From an uncultured Verrucomicrobiales bacterium (GTDB lineage Bacteria > Verrucomicrobiota > Verrucomicrobiia > Verrucomicrobiales > Akkermansiaceae): a stretch of 39,762 nt of DNA. Shown here one piece after another: positions 27,717 to 36,369 of this stretch. The notes beneath the pieces were generated by a model, which was not told where the DNA came from, made no database searches, and was given only the letters and a program-made list of their open reading frames with translations. The position numbers and the translations under genes were made by a program. How positions within the stretch are numbered: position 1 is the stretch's first letter; every line of letters begins with the position of its first letter. Where the stretch lies: assembly GCA_937969125.1 (NCBI GenBank), contig CALBVA010000014.1:1-39762 (forward strand), written 5' to 3'.

Positions 27717-28496
27717 ATGACCTACGTTGACCGTCTAAAATCCCGCCTTGAAGTGACCGGCTCAGCCCTCTGTGTGGGCCTCGATCCGAGACCTGATTTT
27801 ACCGAAGGCGGGGTTGATGGGGTCGCGGAATTCCTGTACCGCGTTGTCGGGGAAACTGCCGAATACGCCGCCGCCTTTAAGCCGAATATGGCTTACTTTG
27901 AAGCGATGGGATTGCGAGGAATTGAGATCCTCGAAAACCTCCTCCAGAAGATGCCAAAGGAGGTCCCCGTCATTCTCGATGCGAAGCGTAGCGACATCGG
28001 CGAAACCCAGAAATACTACGCCCGCTCCTACTTCGAAAACTGGGGAGTCGATGCCGTCACTCTCAATCCCTTTCTCGGTTATGACACTCTGGAGCCCTTT
28101 CTCGATTTCGAGGGAAAGGGAGTGTACCTCCTCGCCGTCACCTCGAACCCCGGCAGTGCTGATTTCCAGCGTCGTGACTGCGAAGGAAAGGCCCTCTTTG
28201 AACGCGTCGGCGATCTCTGCGAACGCGCGCTTTCCGAGGGCAAGAAAACGACCGCTGGCCTGGTGGTGGGATTGACCAATGCCGACTCGGGTGTCCTGGC
28301 CAATCTCCCCGACGTCCCGCTTCTCGTCCCCGGCCTCGGTGCACAGGGCGGCAGCTTGAATGCGCTTTCCGACAGCGGTCGCACCGCCGCCAGTGTCATC
28401 AATGTCTCCCGCGGCATCACCTATGCTGATGGGAATACCAACTACGCTGGCCTCGCCAAACATTGGGCGGACGAAATCGCGAAGAGCCTCGCGTAA
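27717..28496 (+). CDS. pyrF: Orotidine 5'-phosphate decarboxylase (type 2)
   Basis: LCVGLDPR, AAFKPNMAYFE, ILDAKRSDIGET and VPGLGAQGG. The ATG at 27717 (MTYVDRLKSRLE...) is preferred over the track start at 27660, which overlaps the upstream gene. Confidence 0.93.
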   Translation: MTYVDRLKSRLEVTGSALCVGLDPRPDFTEGGVDGVAEFLYRVVGETAEYAAAFKPNMAYFEAMGLRGIEILENLLQKMPKEVPVILDAKRSDIGETQKYYARSYFENWGVDAVTLNPFLGYDTLEPFLDFEGKGVYLLAVTSNPGSADFQRRDCEGKALFERVGDLCERALSEGKKTTAGLVVGLTNADSGVLANLPDVPLLVPGLGAQGGSLNALSDSGRTAASVINVSRGITYADGNTNYAGLAKHWADEIAKSLA

Positions 28497-28502
28497 TCGG
28501 TC

Positions 28503-29399
28503 ATGGATAAGCAGCAGCGAAACGCCGGACTGCGTCCGAAGAAAGGCTGGCCGGGGAGGAATTACACTTTCTGGCGACATCGCCTGCTGCCTCAGCTCCT
28601 TAAAAAACGGGAAGGCGAAATGCGCGAGCCCGTCCTCTCTCCGCCTGATGAGGGTGTCATTCGCGCGACCTGGATAGGTCATGCTTCTTTTCTGGTGCAG
28701 TTCGGGAGTCACGCCGTGATCTTTGATCCCAATTGGGCCCACTTCCACGGACCAGTGAAGCGACAGACCGAGCCTGGCCTTAGCATTGGCAACCTGCCGG
28801 ATCTCGATCTCGTCCTCGTCTCCCATGCTCACTTCGATCACCTCCATAAAAAATCACTTCGGACCATTGAGACGGGAGAGGGGATTGTCGTCCCAAGAGG
28901 GAGTGGGAATCTTGTCCGGAAACTCGGCTTTGATCGCGTCACGGAGATGAAGGTCTGGGAAGAAATGAATTTTGGCGGGATGCGTGTGGTTCACACGCCG
29001 AGCCATCACTGGGGTGCACGCTACGGAACGGATGTGAATCGGGACTACGGCGGCTTCCTCGTCGGGTCCGGCGATCGAAAAGTTTTCCATTGTGGTGACA
29101 GCGCCTACTTTGAGGGCTTTAAGGAGATCGGCCTCCGCGAGGATATCTGCCTCGCTCTTTTACCCATCGGAGCCTACGAAGCTCCGAGTGGAAGGGATGT
29201 CCATATGAATCCCGAGGAAGCGCTCGATGCCTTTGGGGATCTCAATGCCGACTTCATGATCCCCATGCACTACGGTACTTTTCCGCTCGGCAATGAGCAC
29301 CCCAACGAGCCGGTGGAGCGTCTTCTCGCCGAGGCCAAGCGACGCGGGATTCAGGATCAGGTCATCATTCCTCAGCCGGGGAGTGCGATCGAAGTCTAG
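28503..29399 (+). CDS. MBL-fold metallo-hydrolase
   Basis: HxHxDH motif (LVSHAHFDH), downstream His/Asp ligands (HTPSHHWG, HCGDSAY, PMHYGTF), and the N-terminal ATWIGHASFLV pattern typical of this subfamily. Confidence 0.9.
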   Translation: MDKQQRNAGLRPKKGWPGRNYTFWRHRLLPQLLKKREGEMREPVLSPPDEGVIRATWIGHASFLVQFGSHAVIFDPNWAHFHGPVKRQTEPGLSIGNLPDLDLVLVSHAHFDHLHKKSLRTIETGEGIVVPRGSGNLVRKLGFDRVTEMKVWEEMNFGGMRVVHTPSHHWGARYGTDVNRDYGGFLVGSGDRKVFHCGDSAYFEGFKEIGLREDICLALLPIGAYEAPSGRDVHMNPEEALDAFGDLNADFMIPMHYGTFPLGNEHPNEPVERLLAEAKRRGIQDQVIIPQPGSAIEV

Positions 29400-31732
29400 T
29401 CGCTCACATCATCCACGGTCTCCAGGCTTTCGCTTGAGACCCACCCGCTAAGGCCGCCTGAAAGCTGGATGTAGGACCACTCGCCCGAAGTCTTCGTGAC
29501 ATGGCAAATGCTCCCGACGAGATTTGCGCGCGTGGGCTTGCCTCCCTTATAAGGCTGACTCTGTAAAGGCACCTCAGTGGTGACGACACTCATCCGATGG
29601 ATGGGCAGGGCGTCGGTCGGTTCGGGATAGAGGAACCATCCGGAAATGCCGAGAACAAGCCCCAGCGCAGCTATCGTGGAGCTGACGGGCAGGACGATAC
29701 TCCGAAGCTTTCCGGGCCTAAGAAGCAGGACTGTGAAAATAAGAATGACGCCCCAAGCTCCTGCAAAGATCAGCTGGAGGTAAAGTTGCTTTGGTAGAAT
29801 TGCGACCAGTTCGGTGCCTTTTAGTTTCTCCCGATGAATGCCCGGGAGGCGATTGAGAAGTTCGGAAGCATCGCCGCCTTGCGCTTCAAATCGGGCCGCC
29901 CAGAGAACCGCTGGGCCGGGGTTTTTGAGCGCTTCTTCGCAGAGGGCGAGGTTATAGAAATGTTCCGGAGTGGGATTGGACGCCATCTCGCGAATAATCT
30001 CTGCCTTTGATCCTTCCGGGTCAGCCGGATCCAGCGCGTGAGCGGGGAGGGTCTGGAAGGTGAGGAGCAGACCGATCAACAAAACGGGGCTGAGTGATTT
30101 TAGCAGATTCAGAATGCGGTTCTTCTCTGTCGTTTCCAGCGGCTCTGGCTCGAGATCGGGCGCGAAGCAGATCGCATCGCGGGTCTCGAAGATCTCCTGA
30201 AGATCTCCATTCTCCCCGCCGCGCCAGCGGGTCGCGAAGTTCGCGCTTAGCCGGTAAAATTGCACCCGGTCTTCTGCTGACTTTGAGAGTTCGCCGAGTT
30301 CATTCTGGAATTCTCGGACCGGCTGGGAGGCGATCATTCTTTCCGCCATCCGCTGCTTCATCCAGAGGGCAAGGATTGCAATGAAAAGTCCGGCCGGAAG
30401 AATTTGCCAGAGCCAGGGAAGCGCAGGGTTGGCTCCGACAGTGTTAAAGTTTTTGATCCCGGCACTACCCGGCGTGAGAAATTGCAAACCTCCGGTTTCC
30501 TTTGCGGTCATTGCTAATGAGGTCCCGGTGATCTTCAACGGTTGCGGCGGGGAATTGAGAGTTCGGAATTTCTCGAGAACGGGGTCGAAGAAAACGAAGC
30601 GGTAGGGCGGAAGTTGACCAACGTTTTTGATCGGGCGGATGACTTGGGAAAATTCCACCGTTCCAATACTGGATCTGCGTTCTCCGCCTTGTGGTTTTGC
30701 GGCCATCTCGAATTGCTTCCAGTGGCCCTCTGGATCGACGAGGACGGGGCCGGAGAACTGGTCGAGGTTTCCTTGGCCACTGATCTTGGCTTCGACGGTG
30801 ATAGTGTCGCCGAGGTTGATTTCGGTATTGAGGGCCTTCGTGGTGAGGGTGAAATTGCCCACCGCTCCGGCGAAGCCTGCCGGAGCCCCGGCGGGAAGGG
30901 GGCGGACGTTGAGTGTGACTGAGGGAAAGTTGAAATCATGTGCCTCGCTTCGTGAGACAAACATGCCACGTCCCGAGACCGTGCGGGAGCAGAAGGTCTG
31001 CGCTTTCCCCGGACCAAGGGTGAGGGTTCCCTCACGGAGGGCATTGATGGAGGAACGGTAGGAGGTGACGAGAAACTGGGTTCCCTCCCGAACCAGGATT
31101 CCGGTAGCCTCCCGTTCTCCGGCAAAGCGCCACGCCGCGAGGCCATCTTTTTCCATCTCGATGATCCTTGGATCGGTGATTCTCAGGCGGTCGGGCTGTT
31201 GGTAGGCAAGGTAGAGCTTGGCCTCCACCGATTGTGTTTCACCGAGGAAGGGGGAGTTTTTCTCCAGGAAGATGCCGGAGAGGTAGGGAGTCACAGCGCC
31301 TCCACCAAGGCTGAGACCATTGATCTTGAGTTTTTCGACCGGGTGAACGCGGACGAGGAATGGCTTGGTTTCGAAGACTCGGTTGCCGGAGACGACTTTA
31401 AAGGACGGGATGGTGTGCAGTCCGGGTTCGAGTCCGGAGACGAAGTATTGGTAAACCTCACGAATGTATCCGCCCCGCCTAACATTACCCTGTTGTCGGC
31501 GTTCGAGGACGAGAGGGTGCATCTCCGGTTGTTCCGGCCAGCCGATGATGCGGACATTCTGCAACTCAAGGTTGAGCATGGCTTTCTCGCCGACGACGAG
31601 ATTCTCGGAGCTGAGAGTGGCGGTGACAGCTGCGGTGCGGGAATCATTTTGCATTTGACCGTGCACCAGGCCGATCAGAAAAAATGAGAACCACCGAATG
31701 AAGTGGAATTGAAAAGTGGAAGGGCGGAACAC
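29396..31732 (-). CDS. batD: BatD-like oxygen-tolerance protein fused to a BatE-like C-terminal module (TM segments + bacterial SH3 domain)
   Basis: It occupies the BatD position, last in the VWA operon. It has a signal/anchor sequence, a ~440-aa beta-rich ectodomain (LTLGPG..., NFTLTTKALNTEINLGDTITVEAKISGQGNL), then a TM helix (LPWLWQILPAGLFIAILALWM). More TM helices follow, then an SH3-like GSICHVTKTSGEWSYIQLSGGLSGWVSSESL. Confidence 0.75.
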   Translation of the reverse strand: MFRPSTFQFHFIRWFSFFLIGLVHGQMQNDSRTAAVTATLSSENLVVGEKAMLNLELQNVRIIGWPEQPEMHPLVLERRQQGNVRRGGYIREVYQYFVSGLEPGLHTIPSFKVVSGNRVFETKPFLVRVHPVEKLKINGLSLGGGAVTPYLSGIFLEKNSPFLGETQSVEAKLYLAYQQPDRLRITDPRIIEMEKDGLAAWRFAGEREATGILVREGTQFLVTSYRSSINALREGTLTLGPGKAQTFCSRTVSGRGMFVSRSEAHDFNFPSVTLNVRPLPAGAPAGFAGAVGNFTLTTKALNTEINLGDTITVEAKISGQGNLDQFSGPVLVDPEGHWKQFEMAAKPQGGERRSSIGTVEFSQVIRPIKNVGQLPPYRFVFFDPVLEKFRTLNSPPQPLKITGTSLAMTAKETGGLQFLTPGSAGIKNFNTVGANPALPWLWQILPAGLFIAILALWMKQRMAERMIASQPVREFQNELGELSKSAEDRVQFYRLSANFATRWRGGENGDLQEIFETRDAICFAPDLEPEPLETTEKNRILNLLKSLSPVLLIGLLLTFQTLPAHALDPADPEGSKAEIIREMASNPTPEHFYNLALCEEALKNPGPAVLWAARFEAQGGDASELLNRLPGIHREKLKGTELVAILPKQLYLQLIFAGAWGVILIFTVLLLRPGKLRSIVLPVSSTIAALGLVLGISGWFLYPEPTDALPIHRMSVVTTEVPLQSQPYKGGKPTRANLVGSICHVTKTSGEWSYIQLSGGLSGWVSSESLETVDDVSD

Positions 31733-31750
31733 TCGGATATGGGGGAGAGA

Positions 31751-33754
31751 TTACCAGTCCTGGGCGGCGCGACGGGGCGGGCGGCGGATGTAGCGGGGAG
31801 CCTTGCCACCGAAGTCGGCGTATTGGCGGAGGAGGCGGCGCGCGCGTTGTTGGGGAGTTTCGTTTTCCTTGGGCGGGTTTTCTTGGTCGAGTTTGGAAGG
31901 CTGAGGTTGCTTGGCCTGGTCTTGCGGTTTCTCTTGGTCCTCGTTGCCTTGTTGTCCCAGCTTATCGTCTTTCTTGTCTTCGCCGTTCTTGGGCTTGTCG
32001 GGCTGGTTGTTTTGATCTGTTTGATCTGTTTGATCTGACTGATCTGACTGATCTGATTCCTTTTGCTCACCGGGCTTTGTTTTGTCTTCACCCTCACCCT
32101 CGTTATTCTCCCCGTCCTCTCCTTTTTGATTCTTCTCCTTCTCTTCCTCGGACCTCTGCTTTTCCTCCTCAGACTTCTGCTTTTCCTCCTCAGACTTCTG
32201 CTTTTCCTCCTCGGACTTTGGCTGTTCCTCCTCAGACTTCTGCTGTTCCTCTTCGGACTTCTGCTGTTCGTTCTTTTTTTTCTCCTGCTCCTGCCTCTTC
32301 TTCAGAAGTTTCTCCACAATCGCTTTGTTTTCCGTGGCCTGTTGTGGATTTTCTGAAAGCTCGATCGCCTGCTGATAGTGCTCAATTGCTCCCTTCCAGG
32401 CTTTCACCTGTTGCTCGCCCTGCATGGTGCCACCGAGGTAATAAAGACTGTTCGCGAGTGAGTAGTGAGCTTGTTCCTGTCGGATAGTTTGGTCTGAGGG
32501 TAAGTTGGCCAGTGCAGAGCTGAATGAATCTGTTGCAGAGTCCCATTGCTTCGCCTCATAAGCTGCGGTGCCAGCAGCAAGGTGAAGTCTGGCCGCGCGT
32601 TCACCGGTGCTTTCTTCGGCTGCTTCATTAAAGGCCCGATAAGCGGCAGCAGGATCATTGTCCTCGAGGGCGGCTTTGCCATCTGCAATCAAGCCAGCCT
32701 CGGCAGGCGGCGTAGTGAGAAGACAGGCCGTAAAAACTACCGCGACTTTCGAGGCGGCATTGAAGGGAAGGCAACGGACCAGAATAGAACTCATGAGAAG
32801 GAGGAGACCCCCGAAAAGAAACCATGTATGGGCTGGCTTCGCAACCCGTTGATGGCGGGCTTCCTCTTCAAAGCGGTCCATTTCCATTAGGGCCGCATCG
32901 AGCTTGATGAGAAAGCTACGTCCGATCCCGCGCGAATAAACTCCATCAGTACGCTCGGCGAGGGTTTGCAAGGCCTCCTCATTGAGCTTGCTGAAGACGG
33001 GATTCCGGGAGCGATCACGGAACTTGCCATCAGCTTGGCGGGGATCCGGGATAAAGTCGCCCTCTTTCCCCATACCGAGGGCGTAGATGAAGACACCCTC
33101 CGATTTTGCAAAGTCGGCGGCTGCCTCCAGATTCGGGGAGGATTTCTCGCCGTCACTGAAGACGACCATGATGTTGTTTCGCTGATTGGTATCGACCAGC
33201 ATTTTGACTCCCTTGTTCACTGCTTCGGTGAGATTAGATCCGCCATTCGGGATGTCATTGGGAGTGAGCTGGGCCAGGGTATCTTCTACGAATGAGTGAT
33301 CGATGGTGAGTGGGGCCTGCACCAGAACATCACCGGAGAAGACGAGGACTCCGACGCGGTCAGCGGGGAAGCGTTCCAGAATTTCCAGCGCCGCTGCGCG
33401 CGCGGCCATTAGGCGGTTCGGCTCGATATCGGCGGTGAGCATACTGCGGGAGATATCGATACAGAAGAGGATGTTCCGCCCCTCGCTTTTAATCTCGATC
33501 CACTCTTCTCCGGACTCGGGTTCGGCGAAAGCAGTGATCAATCCAGCCACTCCGGTGAGGGCGAGACCGAGGGCGAGGAAGTGGGTCCAGGCAGGTCGGC
33601 GGGAGGTGAGGCGGTCTCGCAAGCGGGGGGCGACGAGCTTCTTCCATCGGTCGCCGCGCTTGATCCAAGCGAGCCAGGCGGCGAAGCCAAGGACGGGCGG
33701 AATGATCAGAAGGAGAAGCCATTCCGGCTTCGCAAAAGTCAGTGCAGCAATCAT
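31751..33754 (-). CDS. batB: BatB-like VWA protein fused to BatC-like TPR region and a long polyampholyte (E/K/Q/D-rich) tail
   Basis: Two N-terminal TM helices, VWA MIDAS motif (ILFCIDISRSM), a further TM helix, and TPR-like repeats (AAYRAFNEAAE..., AHYSLANSLYYLGG..., AIEHYQQAIEL). After these come ~190 aa of KSEEEKQ / SDQ repeats, ending RRLLRQYADFGGKAPRYIRRPPRRAAQDW. Confidence 0.85.
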   Translation of the reverse strand: MIAALTFAKPEWLLLLIIPPVLGFAAWLAWIKRGDRWKKLVAPRLRDRLTSRRPAWTHFLALGLALTGVAGLITAFAEPESGEEWIEIKSEGRNILFCIDISRSMLTADIEPNRLMAARAAALEILERFPADRVGVLVFSGDVLVQAPLTIDHSFVEDTLAQLTPNDIPNGGSNLTEAVNKGVKMLVDTNQRNNIMVVFSDGEKSSPNLEAAADFAKSEGVFIYALGMGKEGDFIPDPRQADGKFRDRSRNPVFSKLNEEALQTLAERTDGVYSRGIGRSFLIKLDAALMEMDRFEEEARHQRVAKPAHTWFLFGGLLLLMSSILVRCLPFNAASKVAVVFTACLLTTPPAEAGLIADGKAALEDNDPAAAYRAFNEAAEESTGERAARLHLAAGTAAYEAKQWDSATDSFSSALANLPSDQTIRQEQAHYSLANSLYYLGGTMQGEQQVKAWKGAIEHYQQAIELSENPQQATENKAIVEKLLKKRQEQEKKKNEQQKSEEEQQKSEEEQPKSEEEKQKSEEEKQKSEEEKQRSEEEKEKNQKGEDGENNEGEGEDKTKPGEQKESDQSDQSDQTDQTDQNNQPDKPKNGEDKKDDKLGQQGNEDQEKPQDQAKQPQPSKLDQENPPKENETPQQRARRLLRQYADFGGKAPRYIRRPPRRAAQDW
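32014..32058. repeat. 9-bp tandem repeat, 5 units (GATCTGNNT), coding SDQ/TDQ on the minus strand
   Basis: gatctgttt gatctgttt gatctgact gatctgact gatctgatt, read directly from the sequence. It lies inside the BatB/C tail. Confidence 0.9.
32145..32270. repeat. 21-bp tandem repeat, 6 units, coding the heptad (E/Q)(Q/K)(Q/K/P)KSEEE on the minus strand
   Basis: Units begin at 32145, 32166, 32187, 32208, 32229 and 32250. The consensus is tcctcagacttctgcttttcc. Units 2 and 3 are identical and the others differ at 1-5 positions. Confidence 0.9.
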
Positions 33755-34785
33755 GGCATGGGGGGAGGATTGATGGCCTGATAACCGAGGAAGAGGAGTA
33801 GCAGGATGATAGAGGGTGCGACAAACCAGGGATAGAGTTCCTTCTTGGTCAGCCAGGTGTTTCGTTTGACCTCGGTTTTTTCCAGTTGGTCGATGCTGGT
33901 GAAGGCCTCCCGCAAGCCAGCATAACTTTTGGCGTGGTAGAATTCCCCCTTCGTGATTTCAGCGACCTGTTTGAGGGTGTCTGGATCGAATTCCTGTTGG
34001 TCACGATTGGCAAGACGACCCTGCGGGGTACCGATGGCAATCGTGTAAGTCTTGATACCGAGGTCGGCGACGAGCTTTGAGGCATCGACTGGTGAGAGCT
34101 GGCCGGAGTTACTTTTACCATCGGTGATGAGGACGATGATCTTACTCTTATTCTTCTCGAGGGCATCATTGTCCTTTGCGTCTTCGCGCTCCAGCTCCTC
34201 CAGCCGCTGACCAGCCGCCACGATGGCACTACCGATCGCGGTGCCGCTCTCCGTCTCGTTTTCGACCAGCGCGACATCCCGCAAGGTGAGTGAGAGGATC
34301 TCGTGATCCAGCGTAACCGGAGCGACGGTGTAGGGACGGGCGGCAAAGCTCACGATGCCAATCCGGTCATCCGGGCGACGCTTGATGAATTCGAGAATGA
34401 TTTTTTTAGCGGCATTGATGCGGCGTTCGAGGCCGGCCATGCGCCTGTTCGGGTCCGCAAAGTCGGGGGTATTCATCGAGAGTGAGGCATCCAGGGCAAT
34501 GAGGATATCGATGCCGCTGGCAGTGCGAGAGGTGCGGGTTTTCTGTTCCTGCGGGCGCGCCAGGCCGATGATGGCGGGGATTAAAAGCAGGGGCAGGATG
34601 ACGGGGCCAAAGCGGAAGGTGCGCTCTTTTGGCTTCCATCCCAGAGTGCCGAGGACACGAAGAGTGGGGAAATTGAGATACGAACGGGTGCCTAATTTGT
34701 GAGCGAGGAAAGCAAGTAAGGGAACGAGGAGCAGCAGGAGAAGCCACCAGGGTTCGGCGAGGACATAGTCGTTATAGAGCTTCAT
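33751..34785 (-). CDS. batA: BatA-like VWA-domain membrane protein
   Basis: N-terminal TM helices (WWLLLLLLVPLLAFLA), MIDAS DxSxS (ILIALDASLSM) and a C-terminal TM helix. There is a 4-nt ATGA overlap with the downstream BatB-like gene. Confidence 0.88.
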   Translation of the reverse strand: MKLYNDYVLAEPWWLLLLLLVPLLAFLAHKLGTRSYLNFPTLRVLGTLGWKPKERTFRFGPVILPLLLIPAIIGLARPQEQKTRTSRTASGIDILIALDASLSMNTPDFADPNRRMAGLERRINAAKKIILEFIKRRPDDRIGIVSFAARPYTVAPVTLDHEILSLTLRDVALVENETESGTAIGSAIVAAGQRLEELEREDAKDNDALEKNKSKIIVLITDGKSNSGQLSPVDASKLVADLGIKTYTIAIGTPQGRLANRDQQEFDPDTLKQVAEITKGEFYHAKSYAGLREAFTSIDQLEKTEVKRNTWLTKKELYPWFVAPSIILLLLFLGYQAINPPPMP

Positions 34786-35348
34786 CAGTTCACGGCGGGT
34801 TCCGGTAGTTCAGCGGCCGAGTGGAGGGTATGCAGAAGACTCTGCGAGCGCGTCAGGAAGTCACGGGCTCGCGATTCATCGATGGTGGACTTGGCATACT
34901 TGGCGTCATTGAGATCATCGAGGAGGGAAGTGACGGCCAGGGGGAGTGAGGGATTCCGCGCTTTGAACTCCTCGGTCGTTTCGTAGAGCGCGGGTTCGTT
35001 TTTCACTCCGGCAAGGTAGCCGCGAATGGCAAAAGACGCGTTTGAGGCGACCTGGGCGAGCGGCTTGTCCCCGCAGTCAGTCTCCAGCCTGGTGAGCGAG
35101 GCACTGGCGATGGCGTAGTGGTTTTTTTGCGGCTGGAGTGGAGGTGCGGCATCCTTGAGGGTGCGTTTGATGATCCAAATGAGCAAGGCGAGCAGCAGGA
35201 TCACGCCGAGTCCAATGAGGCCCCAAATCCACCAGGGAGTTCCGGGTAGGTAATCCTCGGGGGCGGGGAGCTCGTGAGCCAGTTTCGGGAGCTCGGGGAG
35301 TTCCGGGGGATTCGCCGATGCAGAGTCGGGTTCTAATTCTTCAGCCAT
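34785..35348 (-). CDS. Single-pass membrane protein in the DUF4381 position of Bat operons
   Basis: A Pro/Glu-rich N-terminus, one TM helix (WWIWGLIGLGVILLLALLIWII), then a helical domain. It lies between the DUF58 and BatA genes, and its TGA overlaps the BatA ATG (TGATG). Confidence 0.65.
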   Translation of the reverse strand: MAEELEPDSASANPPELPELPKLAHELPAPEDYLPGTPWWIWGLIGLGVILLLALLIWIIKRTLKDAAPPLQPQKNHYAIASASLTRLETDCGDKPLAQVASNASFAIRGYLAGVKNEPALYETTEEFKARNPSLPLAVTSLLDDLNDAKYAKSTIDESRARDFLTRSQSLLHTLHSAAELPEPAVN

Positions 35349-35359
35349 GTTCGAGTGGA

Positions 35360-36256
35360 CTAGCGGCGATGCGCCCGGCGTTGGAAAAGTTGATGAAGGT
35401 CGGCGAGGTAATCATCGCGGGTGGAGATGATGGTGGAATCGATGGCGTGTTTTTTAAAGAACGCCGTCAGACCTTCGCGGTATCTTTTGGAGAGTTTCGT
35501 CATGCCCATGCGGGTGTTGGCGTTCGAAGTGTTGACGAGAATCTCCTGCCCGGTTTCGGGATCACGCAGATAGACCTTCCCGACATCAGGGAGGTGTTTC
35601 TCCAGCGGGTCGACGAGCGGGAGGGCAATGAGATCGTGCTGGCGGGCGAGCGAGCCGAGAGGCTTTTCGAACCCCCAGTCGATAAAATCAGAGATCATGA
35701 AAACGAGGCCTTTCCTCTTCAAAGTCTGAAGGAGGAATTTCGCAGCTTCCGAAATCGAGGTTCCAGGGGCAGCTGGTTTCGTGGTGAGAATTTCGCGGAC
35801 CGCACGAAGGACTGATTTTCCGCCTTTCGCGGGTGGGAGATAGAGGATGGGCTCCTTGGCAAAGAGGAGAAGGCCAACTTTGTCCCCATTATAGCGTGCG
35901 CTGAATCCGAGGAGGGCGGCCAGCTCTGCAGCGCGCTCACGCTTGCTTAGAAAATTGCTCCCGTATTCCGTAGAGGCGGATATATCCACCGCGAGGATTA
36001 CCGAGAGCTCCCGCTCCTCGCGAAACTTCCGGATGTAGGGAACCTGGCTGCGCGCGGTGACATTCCAATCAATGAAGCGAACCTCATCGCCTGGTTGGTA
36101 TTCGCGAAACTCATCAAAATCCAGTCCCTGACCACGAAAGGACGAATGATAATCTCCGGAGAAAACCTCCGAAGCGAGGCGACGGGCACGGATCTCAAGC
36201 CGCCGGACCCGGCGCATGACTTCCTCGATGCTTTCTTCCTCGTTGATCTCCTCCAT
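35360..36256 (-). CDS. DUF58-domain protein (MoxR-partner, VWA-like)
   Basis: Hallmark FREYQPGDEVRFIDWNVTAR, then LSVILAVDISAST. It is the first gene of the Bat-type operon. Confidence 0.9.
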   Translation of the reverse strand: MEEINEEESIEEVMRRVRRLEIRARRLASEVFSGDYHSSFRGQGLDFDEFREYQPGDEVRFIDWNVTARSQVPYIRKFREERELSVILAVDISASTEYGSNFLSKRERAAELAALLGFSARYNGDKVGLLLFAKEPILYLPPAKGGKSVLRAVREILTTKPAAPGTSISEAAKFLLQTLKRKGLVFMISDFIDWGFEKPLGSLARQHDLIALPLVDPLEKHLPDVGKVYLRDPETGQEILVNTSNANTRMGMTKLSKRYREGLTAFFKKHAIDSTIISTRDDYLADLHQLFQRRAHRR

Positions 36257-36308
36257 ATGCTGGTTGTTGTCCCCGTCGTTTTAGAGGGAAGGGACAGGCC
36301 AGGGAAAT

Positions 36309-36341
36309 GAAAAAGCCGCCCCCGGTAAGATGAGGGCAGCT
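36309..36341 (-). terminator. Rho-independent terminator after the outer-membrane barrel gene
   Basis: AGCCGCCC (36314-36321) pairs with GGGCAGCT (36334-36341) at 7 of 8 positions, with a 12-nt loop. On the minus strand it is followed by TTTTT, 29 nt after the stop at 36370. Confidence 0.55.
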
Positions 36342-36369
36342 TTGTTGAGATGATCTGTGTCAGTCGTCC

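Noticed and set aside
27762-28847. 361-codon ORF on the minus strand spanning pyrF and the start of the MBL hydrolase gene
   Set aside because: It crosses two well-supported + strand genes and their intergenic gap, and has no recognisable motifs. It is a shadow ORF.
29396-29399. Convergent genes (MBL hydrolase and BatD/E) whose stop codons overlap on the palindrome CTAG
   Set aside because: The overlap is real and visible, but it is most simply a compact-genome coincidence. No hairpin or regulatory element is associated with it.
31675-32097. 140-codon ORF with a KQIKQIKQIK repeat, and + strand ORFs 31703..32038 and 32063..32356 with L/F-rich repeats
   Set aside because: These are alternative-frame readings of the tandem repeats in the BatB/C tail. 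The BatB/C frame is continuous with VWA and TPR domains and has operon coupling.
32014-32270. Short tandem repeats considered as a possible CRISPR-like or intergenic repeat array
   Set aside because: The units are contiguous, with no spacers. They are 9 and 21 bp long, in-frame, and lie inside a long ORF. They are coding low-complexity repeats.
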